The position numbers and the translations under genes are program-made. The notes below the pieces were generated by a model. It was not told the origin of the DNA. It saw nothing but the letters and a program-made list of their open reading frames with translations, and made no database searches. From contig NW_013657655.1 in NCBI RefSeq assembly GCF_000142905.1, positions 62,001 to 126,000 on the forward strand: 64,000 nucleotides of DNA, read 5' to 3'. Shown piece after piece: positions 41,191 to 50,187 of this stretch; the stretch's first letter is position 1, and every line of letters starts with the position of its first letter. This stretch comes from Thecamonas trahens ATCC 50062 (lineage: Eukaryota > Protista > Apusomonadida).

Positions 41191-43224
41191 TTACGCGGTA
41201 CTTGGAGGAAGGTGTACTGTCGTACTTGCCGCCGGCGACGAAGCCGCCGATGACGACAGCGACGAGCTTGAAGCGTCGCTTTTGGCAGCCGCCTCCGCCA
41301 TGAGCTCGCGCTCACGAGCAAGTGCCTCGCGAACAGCCTCGGCGACGTCAAGCAGAGTCTGCCAGCGGTAGCGATTTTTGCTGAGGAGCGGAATGGCGAG
41401 CGTGCCGATGTCAGGAAGAACCCGCTCCAGAGCACGGAACGACGGCATCACAAAATAGTCGATAAACCCAATCGAGAACTGCGGCTGGTTGACCGTCTCT
41501 GGATCCATGCCTGGCGAGATTGGCAGCCCGAGCGCAGCTTCTGCCGCGCCTTGCTTGATGCCCTCGTCGATGATCATGTCCGACCAGAACTTGGAGAGCG
41601 CAAACGGCCGCAGCGGGTTCGAGATGTCGGCACATTTGACCAGCATCACGGCGAGGAGCTCACGGTGTGCCGCCACGTCGGCATCATACCCCACCGCAAC
41701 CTCCTCCCACCGCCGCATGATCTCCACGTGCTGCGCGAGGTCGGTGCCGAGAATACACGTCACAATCTTTTTGCGCATCGACTTGAACTCGGCCCGCGAG
41801 AGGCCCGAGAGCAGCGGGACTGCCCCCGAACCCGCCGCCTCCGTCGACCCTAGCATGAGCGAGAACGCCACGGCAGCGTGGTGGTTCTCAAGCACAGACA
41901 TGTCGTTGTACCGGAGTGCGAGCGGCGAGACCGTGTTGATCTGGAAGTTGTTGTTGAGCCCGGGGTGGTCCACGTCGTGGCACAGCGCCGCCAGGAACGT
42001 CGCTATCACGTCGAGAGGCGAGAGGAGCTCGACCGCGCAGATCTTGACCAAGAGCCAATGCACAAACTGCGTGACGTCAAAGGCGTGCTTAAAGTTGTGG
42101 TACGCGTTGTCACGGTAGTGGTCCCGGATGACCGTGACGAACGCCTGGAACGTCTCCACGTCAATGTGGAGCACGTTCGGCCCGTTGAGCGAGGTGAACA
42201 TCACCTCGAGGTACCGCGCCATGTCGTCCTCCGTCAGCGTGAGCATCTCAAAGGTTTCCAGTGACGCGAGTTCGTCAAGAATTGTCTCTTCCGTCGACTC
42301 GAGCAAGTCCGAGCACTCGGAGCTGAGGTCGCCGCCAGAGCTGTTGAGCATGCACGGCTTGTGCGTCTCAGCGTCGAGCTTGACCGGCGTTGAAGAGAGA
42401 TTCGCGTTGCGGACCTGGCCCAGGAGCCACGCCTTGGTGTTGGTGTCCATGTCCGACGACCGCACCGTCTCCTCAAACGCCTCTTGGTACAGCGACTTGG
42501 CGCCCAGCGCCGCCAGCGCGTCGCGAATGCCCGACACCACGTGCGGATCGACCTGCGCACGCGAGAGCACAACGTCGAGCGAGGCCATGACGTGGGCGAG
42601 CGGCGTCTCGATGGCCGACGAAATCCGCGAGTGGAGTGATGAGATCGTCGACGCCATCTCGCGCCGCTTCCGCCGCTCCTCGGCGAGCTCGCGCGAGGTT
42701 ACGGACTCCTTTCGCTTCTTCCACACCACCTGCCACAGGTTCGCTACCTTGCGCGCCCGGATCGGCTTGATGATAAAGTCGTCAGCGCCATTGGTGAGGC
42801 AGCGGTAGCAGACCTCCGTCTCGTCCGTCGACGACATCATCACCATAGGGAGCTCGTCGAACCGCCCGTCGGTCCGAATTCGAGCCAGGAGCGTCGTTCC
42901 GTCGACCCGCGGCATCGTCACGTCCGAGACAACAATGGTATACTCTTCGGGCGAGCTTGTCAGAAGCTCCCACGCCTCGGCTCCATCGGTAGCTTCCGTC
43001 ACCTTGTAGCCCTCGTTGGCGAGGACTCGAATGGCGAGTCTTCGTGAGACCGGCTCATCCTCCACAAACAACACATGCACATCATGCGGGAGAAGCGGCT
43101 CGTCCGGGTTGTACAGCAACAACCGTGATTGCGAGGTCGAATGATGCCGTTCGAGGCCACCATCATCAGTCTCGAGTCCAGCATCTCTGCCATCATCCGA
43201 CTCTTCCAAGCCCTTGTGCGACAT
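41191..43224 (-). CDS. regA: RegA-like response-regulator receiver fused to class I cyclic nucleotide phosphodiesterase
   Basis: REC domain: VLFVEDE, phospho-acceptor VSDVTMP, MMSS, GADDFIIKP. PDE domain: YHNFKHAFDV, CHDVDHPGLNN, ENHH, TDL, KCADISN. Confidence 0.88.
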   Translation of the reverse strand: MSHKGLEESDDGRDAGLETDDGGLERHHSTSQSRLLLYNPDEPLLPHDVHVLFVEDEPVSRRLAIRVLANEGYKVTEATDGAEAWELLTSSPEEYTIVVSDVTMPRVDGTTLLARIRTDGRFDELPMVMMSSTDETEVCYRCLTNGADDFIIKPIRARKVANLWQVVWKKRKESVTSRELAEERRKRREMASTISSLHSRISSAIETPLAHVMASLDVVLSRAQVDPHVVSGIRDALAALGAKSLYQEAFEETVRSSDMDTNTKAWLLGQVRNANLSSTPVKLDAETHKPCMLNSSGGDLSSECSDLLESTEETILDELASLETFEMLTLTEDDMARYLEVMFTSLNGPNVLHIDVETFQAFVTVIRDHYRDNAYHNFKHAFDVTQFVHWLLVKICAVELLSPLDVIATFLAALCHDVDHPGLNNNFQINTVSPLALRYNDMSVLENHHAAVAFSLMLGSTEAAGSGAVPLLSGLSRAEFKSMRKKIVTCILGTDLAQHVEIMRRWEEVAVGYDADVAAHRELLAVMLVKCADISNPLRPFALSKFWSDMIIDEGIKQGAAEAALGLPISPGMDPETVNQPQFSIGFIDYFVMPSFRALERVLPDIGTLAIPLLSKNRYRWQTLLDVAEAVREALARERELMAEAAAKSDASSSSLSSSAASSPAASTTVHLPPSTA

Positions 43225-43320
43225 GCTCACTCACAGCACCACGCCTTCCAGCAATCGCTACTCTCCAAGCGTGTAGAGTATCGATGCGACGTCAACTGTG
43301 ACGCAAGTCGTCCCCGCCCG

Positions 43321-43378
43321 AGCGAGCGAGAGAGAGAGCGAGTGAGAGAGAGCGAGAGCGAGAGAGAGCGAGAGAGAG
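43321..43378. repeat. (AG)n/(AGCG)n microsatellite upstream of the regA-like gene
   Basis: agcgagcgagagagagagcgagtgagagag... Confidence 0.8.
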
Positions 43379-44163
43379 CACGGTCAGTGGACGAGGCAGC
43401 TGCGCGTGTGTGGGTGTGGGTGACTGGGTGACTGGGTGAGACTGCGGGCGGGGGGCCGGGGGGCGGGGCGGGGGTGACGAGCCGTAGCAGAGCGCCGTTA
43501 CGGTGGGACGATGTATAGGTGGTAGAGGGGATACCTACAGCTAACGTCTTTCAATCCCACTGTATGATAATATCTTTGTTGAACAGATATCACAGATTGT
43601 GGTGGTGGGAAGAGTGGGTGGTGGAGAGGGCGGGGGATGGGGTGGGTGGTGGTGGGGTGGGGTGGAGTGGCCGTTGTAGTGTGATGACTCGCGGTCTGCA
43701 CTCGATGGCATATTGGTCAAAGTCCATTTTGGCGGCGAGACGGGGGAAATCNNNNNNNNNNNNNNNNNNNNNNNNNNNNNNNNNNNNNNNNNNNNNNNNN
43801 NNNNNNNNNNNNNNNNNNNNNNNNNNNNNNNNNNNNNNNNNNNNNNNNNNNNNNNNNNNNNNNNNNNNNNNNNNNNNNNNNNNNNNNNNNNNNNNNNNNN
43901 NNNNNNNNNNNNNNNNCCTCTCCCATTTTTCAAGACCGGGACGATGGCCAGACAATGGTCAGACCACGCCAACATGGCCAGACGATGGCAGGTGCAGACA
44001 ATGGCTGCACCCGACCACGCATCCGACCATGGCACCCAACCACGGGTAGACCATGGATCGAAGCTGCTCTGCAGGCAGTGGGGTGGAATCGCAGTTTAGC
44101 TTGTGCGCGTATTGCAGGATACAGCGGGCGCGGGCGCGTATCATTGCTTGCGTATGGAGCCGC

Positions 44164-46734
44164 CTACTCGTCATCATCGTTGTCGTCGACGGCATAGTTG
44201 ACCACCGCCCTCGAGCGACGTGAGCGCTTGACCGGCGACCGGAGCGGAAGGTCGTCATCGTCGTCCGAGGCCACAAAGTCGCCATCCTTGCGCCGTGTAA
44301 AGGCATCATCGTCGTCGCCCGAGGCCACAAAGTCGTCCTCGTCGTCGCCATCGGCGGCCTTCTTGGCGGTCGCCGACCCGCGCTTGCGCTTGCCGGTCAC
44401 CTTCTTCTTGGTCGACTTTTTCTTGGTCGCAGTCGACTTCTTCTTCTTGGTCGCGGTCGCCTTCTTCTTGGCCGTCGACTTCTTCTTGGCCGTCGACTTC
44501 TTCTTGGCCGTCGACTTCTTCTTGGCCGTCGACTTCTTCTTCTTGACCACCCGCTTGATCTTGATGCCCGAGACTTCGCGAGGGCAGATAAACTTCCAGT
44601 CCTCGCCGGCGACATCAGCCCAGGGGAACTTCTTGATGAGTGCCGGGTTGAACACCTTCTCCACAGGCATGCCCACCTTTTTGCACCACGCGTAGGTGAT
44701 CCGCGGGTCCATGTAGTTGATCTTGGACGTGCCAAGGGCAATCTCCTTGGTCGACGTCTTCAGCTCCATGTCGGCCTCGATCTTCTTCACCCGCCCGACC
44801 TGCTTGGTCTCGAGCGCCTTGGCGCGCTCGAGCGCCTTCTTGGCCTTCTCAAGCGCCTTGGGCTTGCCCTCGGCCTTGGCCTCTTTGAGTGTTGCCCGCG
44901 CGTCTTTGGTCTTGTTCTTGCGCTCCTTGAGCGCCTTGCGCGCGGCCTTGAGCCGCTCCTGCATCCGGTCCACCTGCGCCGAGAACGACTCCTCGTTGAC
45001 CGTCCGCATGTGGTTACAGAGGATAGCCACCTCGCGGTTGGCGTTGGTGTAGAACACCCGCGCCTCCTCGATCGACAGGTTGAGGCCCTCCGACTTGGCC
45101 AGCTCGCGCTCGAGCGTCACCGACGCATTGTAGGTACGGAAGACCTTGGCCGAGAGGCCGGGCATAAACTCCTTAAAGTACGAGTTGAGCGTCGTCGGGG
45201 AGATCGAGTCAAAGATCGAGTCGGTCGCCGCCTTGCCCTTGAGGCACTTGCCCATCGCCGCCGCCACCTCCTCGGGCACATCCACCGTGTTGGTGTACGG
45301 CATCGAATCCTTGCCCAGAAACTCGAGCTTGAGCTTGGGCCCCTCGAGCAGTTCCACGTGCTCGACAAGGAGCGAGCACGTGCCGTACGTCTCGGCCTCC
45401 TCCTCGGCGTTCTTCTCCATTCCCACACGGAGCGCAAGGACGTCGACAATCCATGACGCAAGCCCAAGCTGCCGCGACGTCGCGTCCTTCGACTTGAGCT
45501 TGCGCATGTAGTCACCACGGAGCTTGTCGATGTAGTACTGCAGCTCGCGGGCCTTGTCAAACTTGGCCATGTCGCCGCGCTGCGAGATCGACGCTCCCGC
45601 CGACGCCCACACGTACTTGTGCTGCCCGCACAGCTTTTCACGCCAGTTGGCAATCCACATCGCCGAGTCGTTGTGCACAATCGCGCCCCACTTGTGGCCC
45701 TCGAGCGGGCACGGCGGGACAGGCGCGTCGCGCGAGATATTGAGCGTGATGTCCTCTGGCCACGTGATCGGCTTGAGCGAGCCGCGCTTCGGGTGCTCGC
45801 CGCGCCCGCGGAACAGGCCCGGTGGCTCGATCGTAAAGTTGCCGAGCTCCTCGCGGAAGCCATCAATCCACACATGCCCATACTTTTCCTTGATCGCAGC
45901 CTTCTTGGCCTTTTCTGCATCCTTCTCCTCCTTGCTCCGCGACTTTTTGCGCTCCTTCTCCGCCTCAGACCACGCAATGAGCCGCGACCAGTCGATCTTC
46001 TTGATGTCCTTGATCCGCCCAAGCTTGGCCGGCACCAGGCACTGCTTCCGCCAGTCCTTGAAAAAGTTGCGCCGGAAAACTGGGTTGGCCCCGTAGTTCT
46101 CGTTGTCCTTCACCTGTGCAAACTGCGTCGCGTACTGCTCAGCCAGTGGCGGCAGCACAATCTCCTCGCCATCGTAGATGATCGGCTCGCCGTGCGGCTT
46201 CCACTCCTCCGCAAAGTACACGCCGTTGTGCCGGAGCGACCGCCACTTTTGCCCGTTCTTCAGCGGCGGCTCGTTCCACCACTCGCGGATCGGGATCTCC
46301 TCCTTCTTGGCCTTGCTCGCCGCCTTCTTGCCCGTCGTCTTTTCGCCGGCGTCTTCTTTGCAGCCGTCTTCTTTGCAGCCGTCTTCTTTGCAGCCGTCTT
46401 CTTTGCAGCCGTCTTCTTCGCTGTGCTCGCCTTGGCCTCCTTCTTGGGCGTCTTGACCTTGCCCGACCTGCTCGACCCCGCTCCCGCGCCACCCTCCTCC
46501 ACCATAGGCGCGACTCCCGACACATCCGGCTTGGTATCCTCCATCACCTATCCCCGCCCACCACCACACGTTCATCCCCTGTGAGCCATCGCCGTCTCCC
46601 GCCTCCCCGCCTCTCCCGCCTCTCCCGCCTCTCCCGCCTCCCCACCGCCCGCCTCGCCATACCTTGCGCAGGGCCTCCAGCCGTGCCCGAGGCCCGGACC
46701 GCATCATGAGGGGCACTGTGTCCTCACTGGGCAT
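44164..46734 (-). CDS. TOP1: DNA topoisomerase IB; probable intron 46662-46548 and -1 frameshift near 46342
   Basis: KWRSLRHNGV, EPPGLFRGRGEHPK, LALRVG, FLGKDS, SAKVFRTYNAS, AILCNH and catalytic SKINYMDPR. Lys-rich repeats at both ends. Confidence 0.93.
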   Translation of the reverse strand: MPSEDTVPLMMRSGPRARLEALRKVWRGGRWGGGRGGRGGRGGEAGDGDGSQGMNVWWWAGIGDGGYQAGCVGSRAYGGGGWRGSGVEQVGQGQDAQEGGQGEHSEEDGCKEDGCKEDGCKEDGCKEDAGEKTTGKKAASKAKKEEIPIREWWNEPPLKNGQKWRSLRHNGVYFAEEWKPHGEPIIYDGEEIVLPPLAEQYATQFAQVKDNENYGANPVFRRNFFKDWRKQCLVPAKLGRIKDIKKIDWSRLIAWSEAEKERKKSRSKEEKDAEKAKKAAIKEKYGHVWIDGFREELGNFTIEPPGLFRGRGEHPKRGSLKPITWPEDITLNISRDAPVPPCPLEGHKWGAIVHNDSAMWIANWREKLCGQHKYVWASAGASISQRGDMAKFDKARELQYYIDKLRGDYMRKLKSKDATSRQLGLASWIVDVLALRVGMEKNAEEEAETYGTCSLLVEHVELLEGPKLKLEFLGKDSMPYTNTVDVPEEVAAAMGKCLKGKAATDSIFDSISPTTLNSYFKEFMPGLSAKVFRTYNASVTLERELAKSEGLNLSIEEARVFYTNANREVAILCNHMRTVNEESFSAQVDRMQERLKAARKALKERKNKTKDARATLKEAKAEGKPKALEKAKKALERAKALETKQVGRVKKIEADMELKTSTKEIALGTSKINYMDPRITYAWCKKVGMPVEKVFNPALIKKFPWADVAGEDWKFICPREVSGIKIKRVVKKKKSTAKKKSTAKKKSTAKKKSTAKKKATATKKKKSTATKKKSTKKKVTGKRKRGSATAKKAADGDDEDDFVASGDDDDAFTRRKDGDFVASDDDDDLPLRSPVKRSRRSRAVVNYAVDDNDDDE

Positions 46735-47895
46735 CCTTCGGCTCACACTCAAGTCTGTCACTCACTCGCTCTCTCTCCCTCCACTGCCCTCCCACTAGCC
46801 CATACTCTCCCGCTACTGGCACTGGCACTCTCCAGCCTCTACCTCGCCCGACCACTGTCCTCGAATCTACGGCGCCCATTGTGGCTTACAGACTTTACCG
46901 ATGATGCCAGGTTTAGCCTTGATCCTTTGTAGCTAGTCTGGTTATAGTATTCGGTGACTTGTTGAAGGCCTACCGTGGGTAGATCTCCCTGTCGAGCTTG
47001 CTTCCGTTACGAGGGGGAGGGAGGGGGGTCGGGGTCGGCGCTGCGGCAGAGGCGAGGCAAGGCGAGGCCAGTTGATCAATCGTTTGCTCAATCGTTGGTC
47101 AGCCGGGCTCTCCCCAACATTGCCCAACACCATTCAATACAAATACAGAACCGATGCGGGTCTGAAGCCATCGACATCGACCATCTGTAGCCGACAACAA
47201 TCGTGCATTCCCCCCTCCCCTGCCCCTTCCCTTCCCTCCCCCCCCCCTCTCCCCCCCCATCAACAATTAATCATACCTTCCCCTCCCCCTCGCCACCTCC
47301 CCAGCGAAGAACCAACGACTGCTCAGAAACGTCAAGGGAGCCACCCTCTCTCAATTCCTCTGTACGTACACCAATGCCACACTACCACAGACTCAGTACC
47401 CGCTTTACCCTGTCCTCCCCTCCTCCCCCCTCCCTCCTCCCTACCCCCCCCCCCCCCTGCCTTCCCTCTCTCCACACCCCCCATGTCCCCCCCTCTACCC
47501 CCCACAGGCTTTCGGTGACGACCTTTTTTGTAAAGGTGGTGATCGTTCAGGCGGGTTAGGGGGACACCAGCCTCGGCTGGGTCAGCCACCTACCCCTTGC
47601 CCCTCCCACCCCCACCATGACATACCTTGTGTCACGCACTACATAACCATGTGTAGTATGATGGCCATGACCTGCTTGTCCTCGCCTCGTCACCCATGTA
47701 GGCAACGTGGCCCGCCCTTTGGTTTCTTGCGAATTTCTGGCGGTGGCGGTGGCGGCGGGGGCGGGGCGGCAGAGCTTCTGACAACGCCACCACCACTTGC
47801 TGGCAACGCTCGTACCTGGTAGCATTCGCTCTCTGACGACCAGTGACTCACGAGATGACATGACCGGTACATACTGGTGTGGGATAGGCACCACC

Positions 47896-48717
47896 ATGGA
47901 TGAGCTTGACTGTGCGCTGGACCTCATGCGGCGGCTTCCGCCTGCAGACGTGGAGGAGAACCTTGCTGGCGTCATTGACCTTGTGCCGGACCTGATGGAC
48001 GAGCTGCTCTCGGCCGTCGACCAGCCGCTGCGTGTCGAGAAGGACGAGGCGTCGGGCAAGGACTATCTGCTCTGCGACTACAACCGCGACGGAGACTCGT
48101 ACCGCTCGCCGTGGTCGAACGCGTACAACCCGCCGCTTGACTACGACGGCACCTTCCCGTCCGAGCGCCTCCGCACCTTTGAGGAGAAGGCCAACGGGGT
48201 CTTTGACACATACCGCTCGCTTTACTACGAGGGTGGCGTGTCGTCGGTCTATGCTTGGGACCTCGACTCGGGCTTTGCCTGTGTCGTCCTCATCAAGAAG
48301 ACCGAGGACGGCTCCGGCAAGAAGGGCGCCAAGGGCTCGTGGGACTCGATCCATGTTGTCGAGGTCCAGGAGAACGGTGCCGACGTCCACTACAAGATCA
48401 CCTCGACCATCATGCTCAGCCTAATCACAAACGTTCCGGGCTGCGACGACGTCAACCTCTCCGGCTCGCTCACCCGCCAGGCCACCTCGGACGCCAACGT
48501 CTCGTCGCAGGACTCGTCCGCCCCGCACATCGTCAACATCGGCAAACTTGTCGAGGAGATGGAGTCCAAGATGCGGAATGCGCTCGAGCAGATCTACTTT
48601 GGCAAGACCAACGACATCATCTCGTCCGACCTGCGCGTCGCCTCGGGCCTCGGCGAGGCCAACCGTCGCAAGGCCCTCGCCACCCAGGCCATGGCCGAGA
48701 TGGGGGCTCGCTCGTAG
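47896..48717 (+). CDS. CAPZB: F-actin capping protein beta subunit
   Basis: [61 protein letters not shown]. Confidence 0.96.
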   Translation: MDELDCALDLMRRLPPADVEENLAGVIDLVPDLMDELLSAVDQPLRVEKDEASGKDYLLCDYNRDGDSYRSPWSNAYNPPLDYDGTFPSERLRTFEEKANGVFDTYRSLYYEGGVSSVYAWDLDSGFACVVLIKKTEDGSGKKGAKGSWDSIHVVEVQENGADVHYKITSTIMLSLITNVPGCDDVNLSGSLTRQATSDANVSSQDSSAPHIVNIGKLVEEMESKMRNALEQIYFGKTNDIISSDLRVASGLGEANRRKALATQAMAEMGARS

Positions 48718-49162
48718 GCCCAGCTCATAGACGCATCCGTCTCTCCTTCCCGTCCTCCTCCCCTCGCCCCTCCCCCCCCTTCCCTACACCCACGCTACTG
48801 AGCGCAACAAACTCATCTGTGGGCCATGAACTCCCGCTCCCTCGTCCCACCCCCCCACCCCCCGCCCCCCCCCCGTATCTNNNNNNNNNNNNNNNNNNNN
48901 NNNNNNNNNNNNNNNNNNNNNNNNNNNNNNNNNNNNNNNNNNNNNNNNNNNNNNNNNNNNNNNNNNNNNNNNNNNNNNNNGCAGCGAGCATCGACCCTGC
49001 TCCCGCCTCCCTCCCGTCCCCCCCCCCCCCGCCCCCCTCCCAACCGCCAACCGCCACCCTCCCCCCCCCCCACCTCCCCTGCCAACCCCTACCACCCACC
49101 ACCACCACTGCTCACCGGCACTAAAGCCACTCCACTCCCCCTCACTCCTACTCACACCCACC

Positions 49163-50086
49163 ATGGAATCCAACTCGAGTGAGTTTGTCAATACCCTCCA
49201 GCGGCTGCACGAGCTGTACAACGCCCAGACGCGGACACTCGAGCAAGAGCTCCTTCAGTCTCAGGCTGTGGTGGTGGACCAGCGGAATCTGATCTCCTCG
49301 CTCGAGGCCAAGGTCGCCGGCCTCAATGCCCGTGTGGCAGAGGTTGAGGCTTCGCATCGTGCTGTGGTCAGCGAGCGTGCTCATCTCCTCGACGAGAACG
49401 TCCAGCTCGCTGCTGCCCTCCAGAAGACCAAGACTGATCTCTCCAAGCTCGTCCACTTTAAGCAGGCCATTCTTCACACCTTTGACGATCCTGACCTCGC
49501 CCCCTCCGCCGCCTTTTCGCCGCAGCGTTCTGGTGCGTCGTACGCCACTCCGCGTGCTGGCGCCTCTGCGGAGCCGCCGCTCTCCTCCTCGGTCTCCGCC
49601 GCCCTCAACATCGCCGATCGCTACTCAACTATGGCCGCCTCCGAGCTCGCCTATGCCGGCACTGGAGTAGCTACTCAGAGCCCACCGGCAAACAACTATG
49701 CGGCACCGTCGACTCCGTTGCGGTCGTCTGTCTCCAACGCTGCCGCCGACGAACTCATTGCTGAGATCAACCGCTCCATCAACTCGCCGTCATCGGCTGC
49801 TCGAGCCTCGCCTGTCCGCCCGCGGACAATGCCGCCATCGGCCAGCACCGCACCGGCTTCGCCCGGCGGGCCGGCCCTCGACTCGGTCGACGGCCGTGAG
49901 TTTTTCCGCGCCGCCCGCGCCCGCCTCTCGTACGAGCAGTTCAACGCGTTCCTCGAATCGATCAAGGCTCTCAACAACCACCAGGTCACCCGCGACGACA
50001 CGCTCCGCAAGGCCTGGGAGCTGTTTGGTCCGGCTGGTGAGGATCTGTACGCTCAGTTCAAGGCCCTCATTTCCAAGCACGCATGA
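49163..50086 (+). CDS. At4g15545/NAIP-like coiled-coil protein with conserved C-terminal helical domain
   Basis: Coiled coil ending DLSKLVHFKQAIL; C-terminal VDGREFFRAARARLSYEQFNAFLESIKALN...DLYAQFKALI. Confidence 0.8.
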   Translation: MESNSSEFVNTLQRLHELYNAQTRTLEQELLQSQAVVVDQRNLISSLEAKVAGLNARVAEVEASHRAVVSERAHLLDENVQLAAALQKTKTDLSKLVHFKQAILHTFDDPDLAPSAAFSPQRSGASYATPRAGASAEPPLSSSVSAALNIADRYSTMAASELAYAGTGVATQSPPANNYAAPSTPLRSSVSNAAADELIAEINRSINSPSSAARASPVRPRTMPPSASTAPASPGGPALDSVDGREFFRAARARLSYEQFNAFLESIKALNNHQVTRDDTLRKAWELFGPAGEDLYAQFKALISKHA

Positions 50087-50187
50087 GTGGGCTCGGCGCT
50101 CTTCATGGCTGTCGTCTTCACAGGTTACAGGTTTCTTCACTTCCCCCTGACGAGGGAGCGCAGCCAGGCTAGGCTGGTACTACGCGT

